Positions 39,354-48,300 of a stretch of DNA of 57,548 bases are shown in pieces; the first letter of the stretch is position 1, and each line of letters begins with the position of its first letter. The notes beneath the pieces are model-generated. The model saw only the letters and a program-made list of their open reading frames with translations. It was not told the DNA's origin and did no database searches. Source of the DNA: Bacteroidales bacterium (GTDB taxonomy: Bacteria > Bacteroidota > Bacteroidia > Bacteroidales > PWNQ01); assembly GCA_021740245.1 (NCBI GenBank), contig JAIPAE010000002.1:1-57548 (forward strand). The letters run 5' to 3'. The translations under genes and the position numbers were made by a program.

Positions 39354-40025
39354 ATGTGTGGACGTTTTTCATTAACTGCTGAAGACTTTGAGTTAAAAGA
39401 ACGCTTTGGGGTGGAAGTGGATTCAAATATCTATACACCGCGATACAATGCTGCACCATCGCAAAAGCTGGCTGTGATCAGTAATGATAATCCGGAGCAG
39501 CTCAGCTTTTATCGCTGGGGCCTGATCCCTTATTGGGCAAAGGATCCGTCCATCGGTTACAAGCTAATAAATGCCCGGGCCGAAACGGCAGCAGAAAAGC
39601 CTTCTTTCCGCCAGGCCATAAAACAGCGGCGTTGCCTGGTGCCTGCCAATGGCTTTTTTGAATGGAAGCAAGATGGGAACAAGCAACCCTATTTCTTTCA
39701 TCTAAACCAAAAAGAACTGTTTGCTTTTGCCGGGCTCTGGGAATCATGGAAAGATGCTGAAGATAAGGAAATACGCAGTTTTACCATATTAACCACTAAC
39801 TCCAACGAAACGATGCAGGGTATTCATCATCGCATGCCTGTGATTTTACCCAGGGAAAAGGAACAGCTTTGGCTGGATGTTAGTAATGAAGTGCCGGAAG
39901 AAGTGCTTAAACCATTTGATTCCGAAGAAATGGATCGCTATGCGGTCTCCAGTTTTGTTAACAAACCTGTGAACGATTCGCCGGAAATCCTGAAACCACA
40001 AGAAGAGACCGGATCGTTGTTTTAA
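39354..40025 (+). CDS. yedK: SOS response-associated peptidase (SRAP/YedK family, abasic-site crosslinking)
   Basis: 223 aa. N-terminal MCGRF with catalytic Cys2, plus typical NARAE and HHRMPVIL segments. Confidence 0.8.
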   Translation: MCGRFSLTAEDFELKERFGVEVDSNIYTPRYNAAPSQKLAVISNDNPEQLSFYRWGLIPYWAKDPSIGYKLINARAETAAEKPSFRQAIKQRRCLVPANGFFEWKQDGNKQPYFFHLNQKELFAFAGLWESWKDAEDKEIRSFTILTTNSNETMQGIHHRMPVILPREKEQLWLDVSNEVPEEVLKPFDSEEMDRYAVSSFVNKPVNDSPEILKPQEETGSLF

Positions 40026-40104
40026 GTAAAATACTATAATAAGGCGGTGTTTCCAGTAAAAAGTCCCGCCAAAGCGAAGCTTTTTAAGTATTGGAAACAA
40101 ATTA

Positions 40105-40596
40105 TTATTCGGCATCTTCGTATTCGGCAATGATATCACTTACACCATCCGGAGATACCCGTCCATAAGTTTTGTCACCAACCATAACCACTGGTGCAAG
40201 TCCGCATGCTCCAACGCATCGCAGACAGTTGATAGAATATTTACCATTTTCACTGGTTTCGCCTACTTCAATGCCCAATTGACGCTTAAATTCCTCCAGT
40301 ACTGTTTCAGCACCGCGGACATAGCAAGCCGTTCCCGTACAGATAGAGATAGGGTAACGCCCCTTGGGTGTCATAGTAAAGAAAGAATAGAATGTCACCA
40401 CCCCATAAACTTTAGCAATGGATACATTCGTTTCTTCAGCTACGATTTCCTGTATTTCGGCCGGAAGGTATCCAAAATGATCTTGCGTACTGTGCAATAC
40501 ATTGATCAATGCTTCCGGATCGTTGTTGTATTCTTTTGCTATTTCTTTTATTTTGTCTACATCTTTTTGATGCAGTTCTACTTTTACACTTGACAT
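40105..40596 (-). CDS. hydC: NuoE-like [2Fe-2S] subunit of NADH-dependent [FeFe] hydrogenase (HydC-type)
   Basis: 163 aa. Thioredoxin-like 2Fe-2S cysteines (ICTGTACYVRG ... CLRCVGACGLAP). Confidence 0.8.
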   Translation of the reverse strand: MSSVKVELHQKDVDKIKEIAKEYNNDPEALINVLHSTQDHFGYLPAEIQEIVAEETNVSIAKVYGVVTFYSFFTMTPKGRYPISICTGTACYVRGAETVLEEFKRQLGIEVGETSENGKYSINCLRCVGACGLAPVVMVGDKTYGRVSPDGVSDIIAEYEDAE

Positions 40597-40623
40597 GGCA
40601 TTTAATTTTTAGTTGTTAAACGC

Positions 40624-42396
40624 TTATTTTTTTATCCATCGTTTTTTACGGTCAAAATAATGGGTATGTAGCAAATCGTGTGATTTTTCACTTCCAGGTT
40701 TACCCAAATATTCTTCATATAGTTCTTTGATGAACGGATTTTCATGGGATTTTCGAATTTTCTTTCCTGCATCTTCTTGATAAATAGCTTTTTGACGTGC
40801 TTTTATGATGCTTGAATCGCCATGGTGCAGTGGTTGACCACCACCACCGATACAGCCGCCGGGACAAGCCATGATTTCGATAGCGTGAAATTCCGATTTT
40901 CCCTGTTTGATGTTTTCCAGTAACTTACGGGCGTTGCCCAAACCGTGTGCAATGCCGATTTTTATTTCCTGTCCGTCAAAGTCAACAGAAGCTTTGCGAA
41001 TACCTTCCATGCCACGTAATTCTTCAAAATCGACTTTTTCAAGGTTCTTTCCGGTATGAATTTCATAGGCCGTCCGTGTTGCAGCTTCAATAACACCTCC
41101 TGTAGTGCCGAATATCACAGCAGCACCTGTGGATTCGCCAAGCGGTTTATCAAAGTCATCATCTTCCAGCGTATTGAAGTCGATGTTGGCTTGCTTGATA
41201 AGGTGTGACAGTTCGCGGGTAGTGATGGAATAGTTAACATCTGAATCGCCGTTATTTGCAAATTCCTCGCGTGAGCGCTCATATTTTTTAGCAACACAAG
41301 GCATAATGGAAACAACGACAAGGTCTTTCCGGTTTTTATTTATTTTTTCAGCAAAATAATTCTTTGCAACAGCCCCGAACATTTGTTGTGGCGAACGTGC
41401 TGTTGAGGGGATGTCTTTTAATTCCGGAAAATGATGTTCAAAGAAACTGACCCAACCCGGGCAGCAGGATGTAAGTATGGGAAGTTTTACGTTTTTATCG
41501 CCGTTCAGGTGTTTATTGAGCCGGTCGAGCAGTTCAGTGCCTTCTTCCATAATGGTCAGGTCGGCGGCAAAGTCAGTATCGAACACATAATCAAAGCCCA
41601 GGTCACGCAGTGCGCGAGTCATTTTACCGGTCACCAGTGTTCCGGCCTCCATGCCAAACTCTTCACCCAGAGCTGCGCGAACAGCCGGTGCTGTCTGAAC
41701 AACAACTGTCTTTTGAGGATCAGCCAGGGCACGTAGTACATGATTGGAATGATCAACCTCTGTGAGGGCGCCCGTGGGACAAACGGCTACACACTGCCCG
41801 CAATAAGTACACGGAGAATGTTCCAGATTTTGCTCAAATGCCGGTGCAACAACGGCTTCAAATCCACGGTTTATGCCCGACAATGCTCCCACAGTCTGTA
41901 CATCGTTACACATAGTTTCACAACGACGACAGTTAATGCATTTATCCATTTCGCGGATAATAGCAGGAGAGGTGTCTTCACGATAGGTGGACTGTTCACC
42001 CTGATAATGAATTTCACGAATACCCAGGTCCTGGGCCATTTTCTGAAGATCACAGGTGCCGTTTTTAGCGCATATCAGGCAATCAAAAGGATGATCGGAA
42101 AGTATAAGCTCAACAACGGTTTTTCGCGCATTCAGAACACGGGCCGTATTGGTTTTTACATTCATGCCATCCCAGCACTTGGTAACGCAGGAAGGCATCA
42201 GGTTTTTGACGCCTTCAACTTCTACAACACATACGCGGCAACCACCGGGATTGTGCTTTACACCCATATCTTCCAGTTCCATGTAACAGAGAACAGGAAT
42301 GTTGATATTTATTTTGCGTGCCGCCTGATAGACCGTTGTCCCTTTTTCAACTTCTACCGGCTTTTTATTTATGGTTATATTAATTGTTTCTTGCAT
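40624..42396 (-). CDS. hydA: [FeFe] hydrogenase catalytic subunit, group A (HydA-type)
   Basis: 590 aa. N-terminal 2Fe-2S and 4Fe-4S ferredoxin modules. H-cluster motifs TSCCPGW, MPCVAKKYE and EIMACPGGCIGGGGQP. Confidence 0.9.
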   Translation of the reverse strand: MQETINITINKKPVEVEKGTTVYQAARKININIPVLCYMELEDMGVKHNPGGCRVCVVEVEGVKNLMPSCVTKCWDGMNVKTNTARVLNARKTVVELILSDHPFDCLICAKNGTCDLQKMAQDLGIREIHYQGEQSTYREDTSPAIIREMDKCINCRRCETMCNDVQTVGALSGINRGFEAVVAPAFEQNLEHSPCTYCGQCVAVCPTGALTEVDHSNHVLRALADPQKTVVVQTAPAVRAALGEEFGMEAGTLVTGKMTRALRDLGFDYVFDTDFAADLTIMEEGTELLDRLNKHLNGDKNVKLPILTSCCPGWVSFFEHHFPELKDIPSTARSPQQMFGAVAKNYFAEKINKNRKDLVVVSIMPCVAKKYERSREEFANNGDSDVNYSITTRELSHLIKQANIDFNTLEDDDFDKPLGESTGAAVIFGTTGGVIEAATRTAYEIHTGKNLEKVDFEELRGMEGIRKASVDFDGQEIKIGIAHGLGNARKLLENIKQGKSEFHAIEIMACPGGCIGGGGQPLHHGDSSIIKARQKAIYQEDAGKKIRKSHENPFIKELYEEYLGKPGSEKSHDLLHTHYFDRKKRWIKK

Positions 42397-42414
42397 TGTT
42401 CTGGTCCTCTTTTT

Positions 42415-44208
42415 TTAAATGATCTCAACAGCATTAAATTTACAAACATCCATACAGTTACCACATTTAATGCAAAGCTCCTGATCGATTTTATGTACTT
42501 GTTTTTTCTCACCGCTGATGCAATTAACAGGACATTTGCGGGCACAAGCCGTACATCCGACACAATTTTCCTCAATGATGTGGTAGCTCATCAGATTTTT
42601 ACAACTTCCGGCTGCGCATTTTTTCTCTTTAACATGTTGTTCGTATTCTTCCCAAAAGTTTTCCATAGTGGAAACTACCGGATTAGGAGATGTTTGCCCC
42701 AGCCCGCACAAAGATGTTTCTTTGATTACACTACTGAGATTTCTGAGTTTATCCAGGTCTTCCGGTTCTCCTTTACCCTCAGTAATTTTGTGGAGAATTT
42801 CATATAGCCGTTTATTACCGACGCGGCAAGGTGTACATTTTCCGCAGCTTTCTTCAACTGTGAAATCCAGATAAAATTTGGCAACGGAGACCATACAGTC
42901 GTCTTCATCCATTACGATCATGCCCCCGGAGCCCATCATAGAGCCCGCTTCAATCAGGTTATCATAGTCAATTGGTGTATCCAGGTGTTTTTCAGTAAGG
43001 CAACCTCCGGAAGGACCACCAGTCTGGACAGCTTTAAACTTCTTGCCGTCTTTAATACCACCACCGATGTCAAAAATTACCTCGCGCAGTGTGGTTCCCA
43101 TCGGAACTTCAATAAGACCGACATTGTTAACCTTACCTGCCAGTGCAAATACTTTGGTACCGGTGGATTTTTTATTGCCAATCTTTGCAAACCAGTCGGC
43201 ACCTTTATTAATGATTACCGGAATATTGGCAAAGGTTTCCACATTGTTCACATTGGTAGGTTTGCCCCGAAAGCCTGATTCGGCAGGGTATGGTGGCTTA
43301 ACAGTTGGTTCACCGCGCTGGCCTTCCATCGAGTGTATCAAAGCTGTTTCTTCACCACACACAAAAGCGCCTGCACCATAGCGCAACTGAATATCGAAAT
43401 CAAAACCACTGCCCATTACATCTTTACCCAGCAACCCATATTCTTTTGCTTGTTCCAGAGCCTTTTTGAGACGTTTAATAGCAAGCGGATATTCGGCCCG
43501 GATATAAACCAGACCGAGGTTTGCGCCAATAGCGTACCCGTTGATAGTCATGGCTTCAATCACAGAATGCGGGTCACCTTCCAGAATAGAGCGGTCCATA
43601 AAAGCACCCGGGTCACCTTCGTCAGCATTACAAACGACATACTTTTCATCTGATTGGTTGGTGTTAGCAAACTGCCACTTTAACCCGGTTGGGAATCCGC
43701 CGCCTCCGCGTCCGCGAAGTCCGGATTGTTTCATAGTCTCAATGGTCTTTTGATCACCAAGCTCACCCAATACTTTTCCTAATGCCTGATAGCCTTCGCG
43801 GGCAATGTATTCATCGATGTTTTCAGGATTGATGACCCCACAGTTTCGAAGAGCGATGCGAATCTGCTTTTTATAGAAATCCATTTTAGCAGAATCGCTT
43901 ATTTTTTCATCTTTCTCCGGGTCTTTGTATAAAAGTTTCTCTACTTTTCTGCCTTTGATGATATGTTCCTGAACGATAATTTCCGCGTCTTCAGGCTGTA
44001 CTTCCACGTAAAAAGTATTATCGGGCAGAACTTTTACGATTGGTCCTTTTTCGCAAAATCCAAAACAACCTGTTGTGACTACCTGTATTTCATCATTTAG
44101 TCCACTAAGTTGCAGAGCTTCGTTCAGTGCTTTTGCTATATCCCCGTTAGCCGATGCATGACATCCGCTGCCGCCACAAACTAACAGGTGCATTTTATGT
44201 TTTACCAT
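42415..44208 (-). CDS. hydB: NuoF-like NADH/FMN-binding subunit of [FeFe] hydrogenase (HydB-type)
   Basis: 597 aa. GRGGGGFPTGLKW FMN site, SLCGLGQ N3 cluster, and a C-terminal 2x[4Fe-4S] module (CVGCTACARKCP, CIKCGNCMDVC). Confidence 0.9.
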   Translation of the reverse strand: MVKHKMHLLVCGGSGCHASANGDIAKALNEALQLSGLNDEIQVVTTGCFGFCEKGPIVKVLPDNTFYVEVQPEDAEIIVQEHIIKGRKVEKLLYKDPEKDEKISDSAKMDFYKKQIRIALRNCGVINPENIDEYIAREGYQALGKVLGELGDQKTIETMKQSGLRGRGGGGFPTGLKWQFANTNQSDEKYVVCNADEGDPGAFMDRSILEGDPHSVIEAMTINGYAIGANLGLVYIRAEYPLAIKRLKKALEQAKEYGLLGKDVMGSGFDFDIQLRYGAGAFVCGEETALIHSMEGQRGEPTVKPPYPAESGFRGKPTNVNNVETFANIPVIINKGADWFAKIGNKKSTGTKVFALAGKVNNVGLIEVPMGTTLREVIFDIGGGIKDGKKFKAVQTGGPSGGCLTEKHLDTPIDYDNLIEAGSMMGSGGMIVMDEDDCMVSVAKFYLDFTVEESCGKCTPCRVGNKRLYEILHKITEGKGEPEDLDKLRNLSSVIKETSLCGLGQTSPNPVVSTMENFWEEYEQHVKEKKCAAGSCKNLMSYHIIEENCVGCTACARKCPVNCISGEKKQVHKIDQELCIKCGNCMDVCKFNAVEII

Positions 44209-44224
44209 TTTTTTCCTCCTGATA

Positions 44225-44626
44225 TTATTTTGTTTCGTCTATGGTTTTATGGGTTACCGGGATAATACCATCTACCAGTTCACCGCGTTTTACATGTTTT
44301 TCAAGTATTTCATCTGCCTTTTTGACATCAACGTCACCATAAATAACCGGATCTTCGCCGGGCCGGTTAACTTCAATCGTGGGTTCCGAATGACAGTAGC
44401 CCATACACCCGGTTTGAGTGACTACAACATCCAGGTTTCTTTTTCCCGTGGCGTTAATCAAAAAGTCCATAATTTCCTTGGCGCCGGATGCAATTCCACA
44501 TGTTGCCATTGCAACTTTAATCTGAACATGAGACTCAGGATTCTCACCCTGTTCCCTGATGTTAATTTTACTCTGAAGATCTGATTGCATTTTTTTCAGA
44601 TCGTCCAATGATTTGATCTTAGCCAT
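44225..44626 (-). CDS. Thioredoxin-like (2Fe-2S) ferredoxin domain protein, first gene of the hydrogenase operon
   Basis: 133 aa. Cysteine pattern ATCGIASGA ... GCMGYCHSEP. A GGAGG Shine-Dalgarno lies 9 nt upstream of the ATG. Confidence 0.7.
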   Translation of the reverse strand: MAKIKSLDDLKKMQSDLQSKINIREQGENPESHVQIKVAMATCGIASGAKEIMDFLINATGKRNLDVVVTQTGCMGYCHSEPTIEVNRPGEDPVIYGDVDVKKADEILEKHVKRGELVDGIIPVTHKTIDETK

Positions 44627-44733
44627 AATATTTTACCTCCATAATATGTTGCTAAATGCTTTTATGTCAATGCAACTTTTATTGTTATTTCGAAAACAAA
44701 AATACATCCTTGTTTTTAAACAACCAAATAAAA

Positions 44734-44768
44734 TTGTTAAAAAAATAACATTGTTAAATAAATAACAG
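44734..44768. promoter_or_regulatory. Two abutting Rex-like operator half-palindromes upstream of the hydrogenase operon
   Basis: TTGTTAA-aaaa-ATAACAT (44734-44751) and TTGTTAA-ataa-ATAACAG (44751-44768), compared with the clostridial-type Rex box TTGTTAAnnnnTTAACAA. They lie 108-142 nt upstream of ATG 44626. The background is AT-rich, so a chance match is possible. Confidence 0.35.
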
Positions 44769-44919
44769 GAAATTTATATTTATTTTAAATAATAATCCCC
44801 GGTTTAAAGCTCGAATATAATGGAAATTAATTGTTTGCGTTAATCGTATGGTAGTTTATATTTATTCTTAATTATTGATTCAGAACATTATTTATGTTAT
44901 ATTTATACTTTTTGATAAT

Positions 44920-44992
44920 TGAGTCCGGTCTAAAAAGACCACATTTGATTTTCAGCGGGTGTAATAAATTTTGAGTTTTTAGACCAGACTCA
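44920..44992. repeat. 17-bp inverted repeat (one mismatch) separated by ~39 bp
   Basis: TGAGTCCGGTCTAAAAA (44920-44936) against the reverse complement of TTTTTAGACCAGACTCA (44976-44992). Each arm also contains a local GGTC..GACC mini-hairpin. Confidence 0.6.
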
Positions 44993-45157
44993 TATATTTA
45001 ATTTATATACACGGCTTGCTGAGAAAGTATGTTGTACATAAACTGCAGGGCGCAGCCAACACAGTAGATGATGTGCTACAGACTACCGGTGGAACAGGGG
45101 TGAGTTCCATCCCGCAGTGAAGGGATAAATAACACTGAATTAATCAAATATAATCAT

Positions 45158-45377
45158 ATGAAACGAACATGAATTTTAGCATTCTAAAATACACACACGC
45201 GGATGATTAAATGGCGTAATGAGTAATGCGATGATGCGATGATGTGATGATGCGAGAGGGCGAACGAAGCGACTAAAGCGACTTAAGCGAACGAAGAGAC
45301 GAAGAGGCGAAGAGACTGAGAGACTGAGAGAAACAACGAACAAACACAGAACACCGAACAATATTATAAACAGATGA
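45158..45377 (+). repeat. Full-length copy 3 of the repeat family (purine-rich strand on +)
   Basis: Same architecture as copy 1, with 3 ATGATGYG units and one extra RCGAAGAG unit. The head hairpin is replaced by ATTTTAG-catt-CTAAAAT. The tail ...ATTATAAACAGATGA contains the ATG of the lipocalin gene. Confidence 0.8.
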
Positions 45378-45892
45378 AATATTTACTTACTATTACTTTA
45401 TTTATGCTAACACTATTTTCATGTCAGTCCGTAAGGGAGCTTCCTACAGTAAAAAATGCAGACCTGGAAAAATATTCCGGGAAATGGTATGAAATTGCCA
45501 GGCTTCCGAACAGTTTCGAGAAGGGTTTAAAGTGCACAAGCGCTGAATATCACCTGAAAAAGAATGGAAAATTGACTGTGATCAACCGTGGGCATCAGGA
45601 AGAAGATGCTCAAAAAGTCAAAAGTGTTAAAGGTTTTGCACGAATACCCGATAAATCGGAACCAGGTCAGTTAAAAGTGTATTTCTTTTGGCCATTTGGA
45701 GGTGATTATTACATCATTGAATTGGACAAGGATTATCAATATGTATTAGTTGGTGCGCCTTCACGAAAATACCTTTGGATATTGGCCCGGGAAAATAAAT
45801 TAAATGATGATATTTATAATAAACTGGTAGTGCGAGCTAAAGAACTGGGTTTTGATACTCAGAAATTGATCAGGGTTAAGCATGATTGTTAA
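45374..45892 (+). CDS. blc: Bacterial lipocalin (Blc-type outer-membrane lipoprotein)
   Basis: 172 aa. Lipobox LTLFSC and the lipocalin signature YSGKWYEIARLPNSFEKG. Confidence 0.8.
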   Translation: MKYLLTITLFMLTLFSCQSVRELPTVKNADLEKYSGKWYEIARLPNSFEKGLKCTSAEYHLKKNGKLTVINRGHQEEDAQKVKSVKGFARIPDKSEPGQLKVYFFWPFGGDYYIIELDKDYQYVLVGAPSRKYLWILARENKLNDDIYNKLVVRAKELGFDTQKLIRVKHDC

Positions 45893-45917
45893 TAATTTAT
45901 AGCTTCCCGCTTGTTTC

Positions 45918-46541
45918 TTATGAGCCGTTTTCATATGATTCCAACCTTTGCAAAATGGATTTCAGATTTTCATATTGCCGGCCATATACCCAGTTTATAT
46001 ATTTCTTATTGGCAAACCATATGATCAGGATCAAAAACGGAATCCCTGTTAAAACAGCTAAGCCAATATGTAAAAGAAGGTTAGTAAGATTTTCACCTGG
46101 AGATTGAGATATTACTGTGAGAACGATTCCTGTAATAAAAGCAACAGGCGTGATGTAGTTAACCCATATTTTTGTACGGCGGATATAGTTTTTCAGAATA
46201 TCAAGATAGTCTTTAATCGCTTTTGTGATGTTTTTCTGATTTACATGCTTTATCATGATATGACATTTGTAATATTCACGAAATGATATGTACACAGAGA
46301 TCACCATAATGACCACATAACCGGAAAATAGCATAATATCCCAGTTTAAAATGGCCAGGCCTATAGCAACAGCAATTATCAGAGTAATAATAAATTCTAT
46401 TATCATATTCCGGCGAATTTTATAAAGAATATTTCCAGACTGCTTTTTAGCGATCTTTTCAATGTCACTGAGTGACTGATAATGATCGAAAGCCTCTTGA
46501 TGATCCGTATTCCAGATATTATTTATATCAAATTCGTTCAT
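45918..46541 (-). CDS. Hypothetical membrane protein co-transcribed with the ECF sigma factor (possible anti-sigma-like partner)
   Basis: 207 aa with four TM helices. Overlaps the sigma factor gene by 14 nt. No zf-HC2 motif. Confidence 0.5.
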   Translation of the reverse strand: MNEFDINNIWNTDHQEAFDHYQSLSDIEKIAKKQSGNILYKIRRNMIIEFIITLIIAVAIGLAILNWDIMLFSGYVVIMVISVYISFREYYKCHIMIKHVNQKNITKAIKDYLDILKNYIRRTKIWVNYITPVAFITGIVLTVISQSPGENLTNLLLHIGLAVLTGIPFLILIIWFANKKYINWVYGRQYENLKSILQRLESYENGS

Positions 46542-47034
46542 AGCCTTTTTTTGTCAGTATGCGTTGCAATTTTTTCCTGATACGCATGATTTTTACACCT
46601 GTATTGGTTCTGCTGATTCCCATAATTTCAGCAATTTCATCATATTGCTTTCCTTCCAGATGAAGCAAAATAAGGGCCCGTTCGTCTTTTTTTAGTTCAT
46701 TAATGCTTTCATATAAAAGCTCTATTTTTTTTTCTCTTTCATTAACATCATTTTTTTCATCAGAACTGTTTTCATGCAAGTTGAAATTGTCTCTGCTGAT
46801 TTCCCGTTCCTTTCTTTTATGTTTTCGACTGTACGAGATAGCTGAATTTAGGGCTACACGATAAATCCATGTCGACATTTTGGATTTACCCTTGAACTGT
46901 TTCATAGAATGATAAACCTGGATAAGCATTTCCTGATAAAGATCATCAAAATCAGCTTTATTATTGGTAAATGATCTTCCAATTTTATATAGCAGAGGAT
47001 AATACTTATCTATGACAGATTTAAAATCTTCCAT
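46528..47034 (-). CDS. ECF-type RNA polymerase sigma-70 family factor
   Basis: 168 aa. Region 2 (DDLYQEMLIQVYHS) and region 4 HTH (YDEIAEIMGISRTNTGVKIMRIRKKL). Confidence 0.8.
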   Translation of the reverse strand: MEDFKSVIDKYYPLLYKIGRSFTNNKADFDDLYQEMLIQVYHSMKQFKGKSKMSTWIYRVALNSAISYSRKHKRKEREISRDNFNLHENSSDEKNDVNEREKKIELLYESINELKKDERALILLHLEGKQYDEIAEIMGISRTNTGVKIMRIRKKLQRILTKKGYERI

Positions 47035-47435
47035 GTTTATGAATAAGAAGAAAGAGGTTCAAAAATATTACATTTTTTAATGCTCAATAATACTTTTGCT
47101 GAAAGAAATCAAAAAGAATGAAATACGTTTTTAGGAACAGATTAATATGTCACTATACTTTTATGTTCCATAAAATGGTGTGTGAGTTAATCATATCAGG
47201 AGTTTTACTCAATTGAAGGAGCATTTATTAACATTTCTGATAAATAAAATTTGTAAATCTTTTTATCCTGTATTACATTAGGGGCTCATAAATTTAAGTC
47301 AGATATTACAATTTGATTTTTATACAATTGAAAACAAGTATCAAACAGAAGATTATCGAACCTGAAGTATGTTTTGATGATCTGAGGGCGGAATCCGAAA
47401 AGCCATAAGAGTAGGAACAATAAAAAAATATTTTT

Positions 47436-48030
47436 ATGAAAAGACAAGCTATTACTCTGGGACGCGTAGGAATTTTATTACCTATTGCATCATTTATTCC
47501 TGTATTAGGACAATTAGCAGGTATTGCAGCTCAAGTTCTCTTATTAATTTCTCATAATTATTTTTCAAAAATTTATGAGGAGCCGGGGATATTCAAAAAT
47601 GCACTCACAGGTTTTATTGTGCAGATTGCAGGATCATTGATAGGAGGCATCGTTCTTAATTGTTTCCTTAGCTTCCGCTTCAATGAAGGTTTCAGGAGGT
47701 GATATATTCAATGTAGGGCAATTAAAACATGTTATTTTTGAAAGTGCTTTCACCATAATTGGAAGCTTATTGATTTTAGCCGGTATGATAATCGGGTTTT
47801 ATTTTCTTTACAAAGCACTGGTTAGCCTGGCCGAAAAAACCAATGTGAAGCATTTCAAAACGGCTGGATTACTTTACTTTATCGGAGCTATTGGTATGAT
47901 CGTCTTTTTCCTGGGGTCCATAGTTATTTTTGCAGCCTGGATTTTCCATATCATTGCATATTTCACTATTCCACAGGAAGCACCTGAAATAACGGGCGAA
48001 AATCCTGATCAGCCCCGAGAGCAAACCTGA
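47436..48030 (+). pseudogene. DUF996-like membrane protein split by a +1 frameshift (or two overlapping ORFs)
   Basis: ORF 47436..47702 (N-terminal two TM helices) and ORF 47683..48030 (C-terminal TM helices) overlap. The second frame is open from 47644. Together they resemble a single DUF996 protein of about 195 aa. Confidence 0.5.
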
Positions 48031-48074
48031 TATGGTTTTTTACCGAATACAATAAAAACAGCAGTTTAGTTATA

Positions 48075-48112
48075 AAAGCAGGTTAATCTTTTCAGGATTG
48101 CCTGCTTTTTTC
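48075..48112 (+). terminator. Rho-independent terminator after the DUF996 gene
   Basis: AAAGCAGG..(AATC/GATT)..CCTGCTTT followed by a T-run. Confidence 0.6.
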
Positions 48113-48300
48113 TGGCTTCTTATTGCACCCATAACTCTCTTTCTTCTGTATCCTTTGTCATTTAGAGCGAAGCGAGAAATCTACCTGCTTTTTCCGGACA
48201 CTAATCATTAAAAATATAAAAACAGCAGTTTATACCTCAGTGTATATGCTCATTTTTTTTTATATTTGAGAAAATAAATAAACCATGAATATATAAAACC

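Noticed and set aside
41740-42807. 355-aa ORF on the + strand (with several other 60-110-aa ORFs) antisense to hydA and hydB
   Set aside because: It lies entirely inside two genes with unambiguous H-cluster and NuoF motifs on the opposite strand. Its translation is low-complexity with no motif. It is a typical shadow ORF in a more GC-rich region.
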